A stretch of DNA of 64,000 nucleotides from Eledone cirrhosa (Eukaryota): assembly GCA_964016885.1 (NCBI GenBank), contig OZ024742.1, positions 295,616,001-295,680,000 of the forward strand, in the 5' to 3' direction. Positions 40,144 through 52,100 of this stretch are shown in pieces. Each line of letters opens with the position of its first letter. The stretch's first letter is position 1. The notes beneath the pieces were generated by a model, which saw only the letters and a program-made list of their open reading frames with translations, had not been told where the DNA came from and searched no databases. A program made the translations under genes and the position numbers.

Positions 40144-41479
40144 GAAATACATATTGTAATTTTGCAACATTAAAAGAATATTTCAAGTCCAGTTTTCTGT
40201 TGTCTTTTAAATAAATATTTAACTTCGTACCTACACCAACCACAAGATACCACATCTATGATGGATGACTTGAATAACATTGAGTGCTTTAACTCATTAC
40301 ATCATAATTTACTAACTGGAATGACTAGATCTACCCATTGATAAACCATACAGCCTAAATGGCATATATATGTATATATATACACACACATTGTATACAA
40401 TTAAATACATACTCTGAATAAGCAGATGCATGAATATTTAAAGATAGCATCCTTCTATATATATTATTATCATTGAAACCCACATATACATCCATAACTC
40501 TGTGTTATATGTACTTTCACTTTCATAAAATCTATATAGATTCTACAAAAAAGTAAAAAATAAAAAGTGTTTCCTGAAAATTGAAAGCAATATTGCGTCG
40601 AAAATGAAATTTATTCATCAAAATAAGTAACGACAGAATCAATATACTTTTGTCAGCGAGACAAAAGTTTATTTACGATATCTTCAAACAATTTTGATCT
40701 TCTGGATTTAACTTGTCGATATTGTTATATTATGATGAATAAAAACATCAAATAGAATTTGATTTCAAATCAATCTCCACTAAAATTCTGTATATTTTTC
40801 AAAACATACCAGCAAAATAGATACTATAGTGATAGGTGGCTTTCCTAACTGTAATTGTGTATCTTTTCCAAACTAAATTTAAAAATAGATAAATAATAAA
40901 TAGTAGAAGAATGTCGGTGAAACTGACTGATTACTGGGCTACATATTAAAATGTGGAAGTTAATCTACATCAAATTTTTTGCAGCTTTCAATGAAGTCGT
41001 TTCAATTTAAATTCAGATTTTATTTTAAAAATTAAGCACAAAATTAGAAGACATAAAATAGATGTACATAGTCATGTAATTAAGGAGTTTATGTTGCAAA
41101 CATATGGAACTATGGACAAGTGTCTTCTACTGTGGCATCTCACTAAATATATATGAGTATGTACGTGTGTGTGTGTGTGTGTGTATGTATTTACTGTTTG
41201 TCCATGTCCCATAACATTGCTGTGTGGTTACAGAGTTCACTCCTCAGGTATGGTTCAAGGTTCTGTCTAGCTCTGTGGCATATTGGGCTTGTGTCTTTTC
41301 TATTTATAGCCTTCAGTTCTGAGTGTGATTTGATAGATAGAAACTGCAAAACCCATTGAATATATATATATATATTTAATATAGAAATGGCTTCTACAGG
41401 ACTAGAACTGTTTCATTCGGGAGAGAAGCCATTTCTATATTAAATATTTATACTTTGCATGAGGAGCTTACTTACTGTA

Positions 41480-41995
41480 GTTACCCTCCGATTGAACTCG
41501 GGATAAAATTATATATATGCTGTGTGCAGCAGAGGAGGTTGCATTGGTATGGACATGTGATACGTATGAAGGATGACAGCTGCATAAAAAGGTGCAGAAC
41601 ACTAGAAGTCGATGGAAGTGTGGAGTGGGGAGACCCAAGAAGACCTAAGATGAGGTGATAAAAGCCGACCTTACCCAATTGCACCCCTCAAAGGCGATGA
41701 CAGAAGATCCGACTTCCTACAGGTACAAGCCGAAGCTGAATCATATAAACAATATGCCCCCACCCTCTCTCACTGCAAAGTGGTCGTGGAGGTGCCACGG
41801 CAAAAAAAGCACCCAGCCCACTGTAAATGAGGTTGGTGTTAGGAATGGCATCCAGCTGTAGAAATCAAGCCAGAATCAGTTCCCATATGAGTAAGACAAG
41901 GTCAACCGACTGGACAATGCCCACAACAGGACAACCCATCTAACCCATGCTAGCGTGGAAGAAAGGACGTAAAACTGTGATGATGATGATGATGA
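41480..41995 (+). mobile_element. RTE 3' fragment, related subfamily
   Basis: CCVQQRRLHWYGHVIRMKDDSCIKRC; 3' UTR ends aacccatgctagcgtggaa...ggacgtaaa followed by (GAT)n. Confidence 0.85.
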
Positions 41996-42009
41996 AATAT
42001 ATATATTTA

Positions 42010-42737
42010 TCTTTATATATATAAAAGCGAGGATGTGTGTGTGTCTGTGTACAACTTGGCATGCATAAGGCTTTCACAACTACCAACTGAATTTGACCAA
42101 ATTTTCTGTGCACCTTGCACAGGTCGCTAAGATTGTTACATCACAAACATTTTTCAAATCGACCCACGTTGAGCAATAAAAAATCAATATCAAAATTATC
42201 GGTAGAAAAATTGATGTAAGGAGATAAACTTTGACAATCCTTATAAAAAAAGGGAGATAACCTTTTCACCAAATATTAATCTTTTGTACCTTAGCAAAAC
42301 TGTCTGTTTTTTTTACAGATTTGCAACGTGTATTGTCTTTAATCATTTGTATAACTACATCTTGTTCAGTGTTTTCCTTCATTATCAGCATAGTTTTATG
42401 TGTACAAAGATTGAACTAAATATTCGTTTGCATTAATTATTGAAGACTTCTGCTTATTTTGACAGGTTGGGGACAAATAATTGTTTCTACTTTAGGCACA
42501 AGGCCAGCAATTACCCAGTGCATTACTGGTACTTTATTTTATCGACCCCTTAAGGATGAAAGGCAAAGTCAACCTCGGCGGGATTTGAACTCAGATCGTA
42601 AAGGGACGTAACTATGGTGGAAAGCATGGCGTCCGACCCTCTACCGATACTGCCAGACAAATAATGTTCTTTTACTTCCTAGCTGTATATTCTTAGCATA
42701 ATTTCAAACACCGAGCAATGCCGGGTAAATCTGCTAG
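42010..42737 (+). mobile_element. Non-autonomous Helitron with a nested SINE
   Basis: A|TCTTTATATATATAAAAGCGAGGATGTGTG 5' end and CCGAGCAATGCCGGGT..GCTAG|T 3' end, both similar to 6294-7210. SINE at ~42480-42657. Confidence 0.75.
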
Positions 42738-42922
42738 TATATATATAATTATTTAATATATAAATGGCTTCTAATGTATTGAGTACCCTTTTAACTGTGG
42801 TTAACCCCGATTTCACTCAGGATCTACCTATATATATCAACCTTTTTGTATTTATCATTGTTGTGGTATATGTATGGACACTGCCTTCTGTCATTTTTCT
42901 TGATGTCACACATTTTAACTGT

Positions 42923-42958
<36 letters not shown>

Positions 42959-42976
42959 TATATATATATATATACT

Positions 42977-43046
<70 letters not shown>

Positions 43047-43204
43047 AAGTGCTACTTGTTGAGTAATAATATATTACTATATTCGGCATCTGAGTACCCT
43101 ATTTTTTTCTACGTGAATTAAATATTCAGAGTTAAAAGTGTGTACTATATCATAAACATCTGTTTGTTATTGGTATAATATACAGCGTGTTTATATTAAG
43201 AATG

Positions 43205-43506
43205 AGAAATCGAAGTTTCAGTTTAACATATTTTATTCGTAATCACAAGTAATGTGTTTCACAAATGACCAGCTCAGAACATTAATTGATTACAATCAGC
43301 ATCAAATCAGAGATCAATTTATTCATCAGATGCAGTGGAGATCAATCAGAATTGGAATATGTTCTGATCTCCACTGCATCTGATGAGCAAATCGATCCTA
43401 GAGTCAAAGCTGATTGGAATCAATTAAGGCTCCAAGCTGGTCATTTGTGAAACACATGTTACGTATAATTATGAATAAAATATGTTGAACTGAAACTTCA
43501 ATCTCT
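43205..43506. repeat. ~300-bp imperfect foldback palindrome (MITE-like)
   Basis: Paired arms GAAGTTTCAGTT/AACTGAAACTTC, TGTGTTTCACAAATGACCAGCT/AGCTGGTCATTTGTGAAACACA and TCATCAGATGCAGTGGAGATCA/TGATCTCCACTGCATCTGATGA. Confidence 0.9.
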
Positions 43507-43567
43507 CCTTATATATCATCATCACCATCATTGTCTGCTTTCCCTGTTAACAAGATATATATATATA

Positions 43568-43671
43568 CACAGGGTCTTCCCCCCAAAATGTATACGCACT
43601 TCAACAGCATTCTAATAAATATTGCCTGTACAGGTAATCAAAGTATGTATACATTTTTGGGGACACTCTGC

Positions 43672-43672
<1 letters not shown>
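43568..43672. mobile_element. Tc1/mariner-like mini-MITE
   Basis: TA|CACAGGGTCTTCCCCCCAAAATGTATAC ... GTATACATTTTTGGGGACACTCTGCA|TA. Confidence 0.65.
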
Positions 43673-43673
<1 letters not shown>

Positions 43674-43704
<31 letters not shown>

Positions 43705-43793
43705 TGTATGTATGTATGTATGTATGTATGTATGTACGTACGTACGTACGTACGTATGTATGTATGTATGTATGTATGTATGTATGTGTGTGT
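43674..43793. repeat. (TATG)n/(TACG)n tetranucleotide microsatellite
   Basis: Read directly. Confidence 0.95.
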
Positions 43794-44339
43794 GTTGATA
43801 ATAAGGAGAAGGAATGAAGTATCAATATAACATTATTCACACATGAAGTGTGTTTCATGATCGTTCAGCTCAAAGTACAATCGGTAGACTTGGAAAAAAA
43901 AAGTACTGGTGTGAAAATGGTCGAGTAAATCCTATGAAGGTGATGCTCTAGCATGGCCGTAGTCTAATGCTTGTAACTACTAAAGGGATAAAACAATAGA
44001 TAATTATTAGAGGAGTGATGTGTGGGCTACATATTAGAATGTGAATAGTTAATCTTCATCAAATCTTTGCAGCTTTCATTGAAGTGGGTTTAATTGAAAT
44101 CTAAATTTTATTTGATATATTAAGCACAAACTGAGGAGAATTAAAATAAACATTAAGAAATATAAAAAAAGTGTAAATACATCGTTGCTATTTGTGAAAT
44201 TGAATGTATGTATTTGTAGTAGAGGTCTTATGGAGTTTAATGTTTTAATTTGAAAGATGAGAATGAAATAAAGATTTATAGGCAATGCATTGAAATAGCA
44301 TTGCTTATGTTCGCTATTTTGATGAATGACTATTACTAA

Positions 44340-44892
44340 TAAGGGTTTCTACTTTTGGCACAGGGCCAGCAATTACCTCAGTGCATTAATGGTACTTTAT
44401 TCATTTGACCCTGTAAGGATGAAAGGCAAAGTAAAACTTGGTGAGATTTGAACTCAGACCATAAAGGGGCATAACTGTGCTGCAAAGCATGGTGTCTGAC
44501 TCTGGTTTCTACTTTTGGCACAAGCCCAGCAATTACCCCAGTGCATTACTGGTGCTTTATTTTATCGACCCAGTGAGGATGAAAGGCAAAATTAACTTCA
44601 GCAGGATTTGAACTTAGACTGTAACTCTATGCTGCAAAGCATGACATCCAACCCTTTACCGATACTGCCAAGCCATTATTAATAATGGTTTTTGAGTAAG
44701 GCACAAGGCCAACAATTTCGGGAATGGAGAAAGTCGATTAAATCAACCCCAGTGCATTACTGGTACTTTATTTTATCAATCCCATAAGGATGAAAGGCAA
44801 AGCTAACCTTAGTTGGATTTGAACTGAGGATGTAAAAAGTGATAACTCTATGCCACTAAGCATGTTGTCCGATTCTGCCAATTCACCACCCT
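44340..44892 (-). mobile_element. Three head-to-tail copies of SINE family A
   Basis: GCACAAG/GG..CAGCAATT-type 3' ends at ~44357, 44517 and 44700, each followed by AGGATGAAAGGCAAA..GATTTGAACT. Confidence 0.85.
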
Positions 44893-45284
44893 GAATATTA
44901 CTAATAATAATTATGAATACTCTGTTGATTTTAATGATGAGCATTCAGTTGTTTTATCAACTGATTGTCCAGTTCATTAAATCAGCACGAATATGGCTAA
45001 GTATTCCACTGGAACTTATACTTTTATTGTAATCGCCAAGATAAGTCAGAGTGATACAACATGCTACAAGGATGGACCTTTTAATTACAGGGACAATTCA
45101 TTTCATGGACTTACACACAATTTCCATCTACCCAGTTTTGCTCAAGATTTGGATCAATATTAGGCCATGGTAAAGACACTTGTCAAAGATGCCTATGGTG
45201 GGCTCAACCCTGGAATCTCATGATTATGAAGTGGTCTTTTTAACCACCCAGCCATGCCTGTGTCAACACTACAGAGGAAATAAA

Positions 45285-45575
45285 AGTCTAAAAAGTCTTT
45301 CTTAAGCCATTTGGAACTTATTAGGCCAGTGCTTATCCTGGTTTCATGGCATGAAGTGATTGAGAGTACAAGACATCCCTCTGGACAGGATGTCAGTCAA
45401 TCACAGGCTTAAACCCCCAGCTATTATTGGTACTCATTTTCAGCTGAGTATACTGGAGCAACGTGAAATGAAGTGTTTTGATCAAGAACACAACATGCAA
45501 CCCTACCCAGGAATCAAACCCACATCATTATGATTCTAAGTTCAACACCCTTACCACTAAGCCACATGCCTCCAC
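45285..45575 (-). mobile_element. SINE family B with a V-SINE-like 3' module
   Basis: Same head and core, then CCTGTGATTGACTGACATCCTGTCCAGAGGG..CACTTCATGCCATGAAACCAGGATAAGC. A remnant of this tail lies at 20805-20870(+). Confidence 0.7.
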
Positions 45576-45769
45576 ACAGAAGAAATATATTTATATAAAT
45601 TTAGTTAAAAGTGTTGTCTTAAAAATCCTATTAGAAATACTAAGCCTGTTTATTTTGAATTACAATTACAGGTACAATTCATTTGACAGGCTTCCACACA
45701 GTTTCCACCTACCCTATCTCACTCACAAGAGTTTGGTAAATCTGAGGCTATCTTAAAGACACTTTCTAG

Positions 45770-45988
45770 CCCTTTAGCATTTACATTACTCTATACTTAC
45801 TATTATTTTCACAGTAAAGGCTTTACCTCACATAATTATCTCACATAATATCAAATCTATGAGATTTTGATATTATTTATTTTGAGAACAATATCTTAAC
45901 ATCAGTATGAGTGGCCAGTTACAGCTGGTTTGAACAGAAAGAGGTGAGAGTATTCTGACCGGATATGGGCGGTTTAATTGCTAAAGGG
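45770..45988 (-). mobile_element. piggyBac-like MITE family 1, inverted
   Basis: Reverse complement of the family 1 body; CCCTTTAGCA...TGCTAAAGGG with CTAG/CTAA flanks. Confidence 0.85.
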
Positions 45989-46211
45989 CTAAAACACTCC
46001 ACAGCAGGATTGAACCCAAGATCACATGATTGCAAAGTAAACTTATTAACCACTCAACTATGCAGGCTTATAATACAAATGAAAGAATAACATTTATACT
46101 AATTTCTATTTTTGTATAAAATGTTATCTTTCATCCATGTTTTTAGTGTAATTGCAATTAAAAGTTATTTATAATTAGTTTTAATAAAAATGAAATTTTT
46201 ATATCATTTAA

Positions 46212-46438
46212 CTCATTTAACATATTTCTAATGAAATATCCTGTCCATGTGTTTCAATTAATTTTGAAAAAGAAAATGTAGAATTTTTCATTATTAAGCT
46301 GATGTTTGTAACATCATTTAACAAAAGGTTCTTACATAAAAATCATGAACGGTTTTAATTTAATTACAAATACTTTAAAACAAGCAGTTTTGTATCATTA
46401 AACCAAGGGCAGTTTCAGTTGGGTTGGTGTCAAAAGGG
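46212..46438 (+). mobile_element. piggyBac-like MITE family 2 (older, ~230-250 bp); representative copy
   Basis: TTAA flanks; family ends CCCTTTCATTACC / GGTATCAAAAGGG. Other copies or fragments near 5535-5848, 8267-8517, 9348-9420, 14051-14540, 16760-17157, 24866-25098, 25162-25615, 36921-37370, 47525-47968, 53420-53505, 54560-54752 and 55126-55310. Confidence 0.7.
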
Positions 46439-47705
46439 TTAAATTAATTCCAAAATAGGAATAAATTAATGTATATTCTTTTAAACAACAAATTGTAGTA
46501 GTTTTATTAAAATTAGTCACATATAAAAATCAGCTTCTAGCTTTGATATGGTTGTACAAAAGAAAAGATATTTCATTTTAATTATTATAACAAGGATTGA
46601 ACTTCTGTCTGTTTTGAGGATGTGTTGTTTGCTCAATGGAACAGCCTGCTCATGAAATTAATGTATAGTGACTGAGCATTCCACAGATACGAGTACCCTT
46701 AATGTAATTTTCAGGGTGAGTCAGCCTAACACATTGTGTGACATGGCTGGTAATTTGAATTAAATGTACAATATGCTTTCAAACAGTTTCCATAAACTCA
46801 AGGCTGTGGTAAATGACACTTGTCCAGGATGCCATGAAGTGGGATTGTATCTAATGAATATGACGTGAAGTCCTCAAGTATTTGGCCATACTGTGTCCTA
46901 TAATATAACATATATGCCTTCTATAACAATGATATACTGTATTCACGAGTATAAACAGTATTTTATATTGCAATTGGTGAACAATAACAGTGCTTTTCAT
47001 TACTGTTTTGGCTTAAATAAGGTCAATTACTAATTCATTGTGACTATGACAAGCAATTGTCTAACTTAGTGGAGTGGAAGAAATACCACACAGGGTTTTT
47101 TTATTTCCTCACACACACACATATATCATCATCATCGTTTCCCCATGCTGGCAAGGGTTGGACAGTTTTCATCATCTGCCAAATTCCCCTCACAAGCCTG
47201 TGGTAGAAGACTCATCTAGGTGTACTTTACCTGATTTTCTCAACAATTATTTACAGTACTCAACAGGTATTTAATAGCAAAATTTTCATTTAGGAGTAAC
47301 TTCTATTCTGGTTCATTACCTTTTGAAATTGTTTTTACCCTTTATGAAATAGATCTGTCTGTCCAAACCCAAGAACAGCACACTAAAATTCTACCAAAAC
47401 CTTTATAACTAGAACTGTAATCATATAGTGACATAGATAGAGTGTCTCTCTTTGGGGTTGGGACTGGAGTTTGAATGGCCCCCACCTCCAGAAAAAACAA
47501 CACAATACATATAAAATTTTCTTAACACTTTTGTTTTCATTTTTTAAATACATTGCCTATGATTTTAAAAAGGATTTGAAAATAAAGAATTTGGAAAGAG
47601 TTAGTAATATAACAAACTTTCTCATTATTTATCTGGTGATTGCAACATAAAAGGTCTTACATAAAATTATGATCGAAAGGTTTTAGATAAATACAAACAC
47701 TTTAA

Positions 47706-47910
47706 CCCTTTAGCATTTAAACCAACCATATCTGGCCAGAATTATCTCACCTCTTTCTGTTCAAACTGGCCATACCTAGCCACATAAACTTATGTTAAGT
47801 CATTGTTCTCAAAATATATAATATCAAAATCCAGTGGATTTAATATTATGTAAGATGTGAAATAAAGTGTTTACCATGAAAATATAATAGTAAATATAGA
47901 GTAATGTAAA
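47706..47910 (+). mobile_element. piggyBac-like MITE family 1, right end lost, nested in family 2
   Basis: TTAA|CCCTTTAGCATTTAAACC start with the family 1 body. Confidence 0.8.
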
Positions 47911-48699
47911 GCAAACAATTCTTATCATCGAATCAGAGGCAGTTTTAGGTGGTTTGGAATTAAATGGGTTAAACCAAAAATTACCACTCCTTTGCTCCCC
48001 ACAGCTATGCTATTTCTGTATTATCTCATGAGGAACTCTCTCCCTTCTTCCACATCTACAGGCTTGAAACTATAAAAGTTCGAACTGAATAACAACTGCA
48101 TTTGACAACAGTAAGAGAAGTGGGGAGAAAAAATATGGCAACCAAAACAACAGATATTCTTCAACTATCCAAAAATATATTTTAAAAATATTATGGATAA
48201 ATTAAATTTCAAAGAATTACATTAAATTCAATAATAAAAATTTTTTAAAACAAACATCATCATCATCATCATTATTAACATCAAGCATTAAAAAAAAAAA
48301 TTTGTAAAATTATAATTGAAAATGAAATTCTAAATTTTATTTTGAAAGTATAAAGTGTACTCATTATATAAACACACACACATACAAGCACACATACATA
48401 AATACATACACACATGCATACATACATACACACATACATAAATACATACACACACATACAATATAATTTGATCTTAAATTATTGCGATTTTGGGGAGAAT
48501 TATATATGAAGTTTTTGGTTGTTGTTATTGTTAGTCATTTGTAAAACACATTAAAAGAGCAAAAATGAGAACAATCAGCTAAAATAATTGACTTCAGGAG
48601 TGTTCCAGTTGTTCAAATAATGGAACAGCCTGTTAATAAAATTAACATGCAAGTAACTGAGCATTCCACAGACATCGGTACTCTTAATGTAATTTTATG

Positions 48700-49112
48700 A
48701 AGATTCAGCATTGTGACATATTATATGACAAGGCAAGCCCTTTGTTTTACAGGTTCAGTTCACTTTGTGTATATAGTATCACTGAGAATTCCTCAGATAT
48801 GTGTACCCTTCATTCTCAGTGAGATTCAGCAAGACACAGCATGTAACAAGGCTAGTCCTATGTATTACAAGTTCAGTCCACCTTGTAATATATAGTATCA
48901 CTGAGAATTCCTCAGATATATGTACCTTTCATTCTCAGGGAGATTCAGCAAGACACACCATGTAACAAGGCTAGTCCTATGTATTACAAGTTCAGTCCAC
49001 CTTGTAATATATAGTATCACTGAGAATTCCTCAGATATGTGTACCTTTCATTCTCAGGGTGATTCAGCATGACATAGCATGTGACAAGCTGGCTCCTTTG
49101 AATTACAGGTAC
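48700..49112 (+). repeat. Tandem repeat, ~3 units of 119 bp
   Basis: ACTGAGAATTCCTCAGAT at 48781, 48900 and 49019. Confidence 0.92.
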
Positions 49113-52100
49113 AACCCATCCAACAGATTTCCAAACAGTTTTTGGCTACTCAGTTTACCTCATACGGCATGAGTTGACCTGAAGCTGTAGTCAATGACAC
49201 TTGACCAAAACATCAGACAGTGGGACTGAGCCACGATACTAATGATTGTGAAGCAAACATCCTAACTATTTGCCATACTGCGTCTACAATCCACTTAATA
49301 TGTGACTTTATCTATAAAAACTAGATATTTATATTTATAACTAGGATGAGTCTAAGTGTTTATTTCTTTTTTTAATCTTATTTTAGCTTTCAGCCATTTT
49401 CTTTACAACAAATGTAAAATATATAAATGAAAAAATTTAAATGGAATAAATACAAAATTCTAATGCAATGAATATAAATTTGAGTCATCGACAATAAAAT
49501 AAATGTATCATTTAATTATATTTTATCAATTGAAATTACACAGGTCTCTTGTGTTTCACCATTATTTTTTATTTCAAGTTCAAATATAACCACTTAGAAT
49601 TATAAATCTAATAATGGCTAAGTGAAATTTTATATCAACTTACCATTTATTTTCTGAATCCCCCTCACATATATGTGATCAAAGGAAAAATAATGCCTCA
49701 ATATGGTGAGTTAAAATTCAGGACAAAAATTACTATTCCACTAAGCACTGTTGTTCCCATTTTATTTTATTTTTCCAAATTCTGATACAAATATGGAAAA
49801 TAGATCACATAAATAAATTAATAATTGTTTCTACTTTAGGCACAAGGCCAGCAATTACCCAGTACATTACTGGTACTTTATTTTATCGACCCCGTAAGGA
49901 TGAAAGGCAAAGTTAACCTCGGCGGAATTTGAACTCAGACTGTAAAGGGACATAAATAAATTAATAATAAATGCTATATATTTGGGATTTTGGTTTGTTA
50001 TTATCATCATCATTGTTTTAACATCTGCTTTCCCTGCTAGCAAGTGTTGAACAGGTCTACATAGATGAAGTCAATACTGAAGTGGTGGGTACTGATCTCC
50101 AAGAAAAGCAAGAGATCTGTCATCTTGCTTATGTATGGTCATGCACAGGAGAAGTTGTCATATTTTTGACACAAATGAGGGGTCCTCCCAACCCTTTATT
50201 TGGCAAATTTTCTACAACTTGATGCCCCTCCAATTACCAACCTCTTTAGTAAATTTTAAATGCATTTCATTATCTTAATGATAATTGTTTCTACTTTTGG
50301 CACAAGGTCAGCAATTACCCAGTACATTACTGGTACTTTATTTTATTGACCCCGTAAGGATGAAAGGCAAAGTTAACCCTGGAGGGATTTGAACTCAGTC
50401 CGTAAAAGGACGTAACTCTATGCTAGAAAGCATGGCGTCCGACCCTCTACTGATACGGCCAATCCACGATATACATGTACACACACACACATGCATACAT
50501 ATATGTCATGACTGTTCATCACATATATGCTGACCATCAGACTTAATGTGCTATGAAAAGAAAATAATGATTATATATATATATATATATACACCCATAC
50601 ACACACACACACACACGCACACACACACATATATATATATACACCATTACATATACATATATATACACACACATACATAGATATATAAATATACATACAT
50701 ATACACACACACATTTATATATATACATACGCACGCACATATATATAAATATATATACTCAGAGAGAGAGAGACATGACAGCTACCTAAGAAACTAATGA
50801 GAGAGGAAGGAGGAAAAAATAGACAAATAGAGAGAGGGGGCATGGAGGGAGTTAAGGTAAGTGAAAAGTTTAAATTACTACAAAATATCAAAATAAGACA
50901 CATGTCATTCTTATTTTATATTTATTTATTTATTTATTTTTCAGAAAGAAAATATCACCAGAAAGTACTAAACAGGAATAAGATGTGTACATGTGTGTGT
51001 GGGAGGGGGGAGTCTACAATAGGAGACAAACAGTATTGGAATACCAGTAAACCATAGAACAATTATAGGTGCAGTCAAGGTTGTGTGGTTAAGGAGTTTG
51101 TTTAACAAGCATGTGCTTTGGGGTTCATTCTCCCTATGTGGTGGTACCTAGGACACGTGCCTTCTACACTTGGGATAGTAGTGTAAATATATTTCAGAGT
51201 CAAGATTCACCGACCAACAAAATTAACAAGCCTTGAGTAATATATACTGAGAAATGTATTTAAAAAAGAACTGAGGAAGAATTCTGTAAGTTTTTTATAT
51301 TATGGCTCTCATATACAAATCTAGCCATTACACTTGTTAGCAGAATTTACAAACAGCCCTGTAAATAACAAAGAATGTCTGTAGCCCCATGTGGGTTGGT
51401 AAGGGTGATAAATTTAGTAATGTGTAAGCAGAGACTCCATGAAAAATTTTGCAAGGTGATACAAACTCCTTTGGGGCTCGAAGCAGGTAAAGATTTTTCT
51501 CAAAATGGATGTTGCATGGTTGCCATGGAGCCCTCTTAGCTCTTGAGCCCCAGAACAAAGTACTGGCTGGATCCCCTCTCATAGGGCCCTTTGTGTAAGT
51601 TAGTATAACCATGTGTTAACTAATGCCTTTTTTAGTGTAATTTGGTAGCTGGGAGACTGCAGAAGTCTGCCTGCTGTGAAATATAGGTATAATTGCACTC
51701 AGGAATGTACCCAGTGAAATCTACATGTATCACTTGTACCACAATAAAATGCACTTAATACACTCTGTAAAGTGGTAGAGCCAGTATCATGACAAAATGC
51801 ACCCAGTACATGTAAAGTGATTTGGAATTAGGAAGGATATCCAGCCATAGACACCATGACAAAGGTATGAGTAGGACATGGTTATCTGACCTGTCTCATC
51901 TCAGAACATGACAATTTGTCCAAACCATGCCAGCATGGAAAACATGTAAAATAGGGATGATGATATACATCATTATCATCCTCATTTCCTGTTTGCTTTT
52001 CCATACTTTCATGCCTTGGATGTGTCTTCAGCAGCACAGCCTTCTCCATATATTACATTCCATCATCACCTCACCTCTGTGAGGTTCAGCATTTTAAGAT

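Noticed and set aside
51518-51532. RFX X-box-like GTTGCCATGG
   Set aside because: Only a partial match, with no promoter context.
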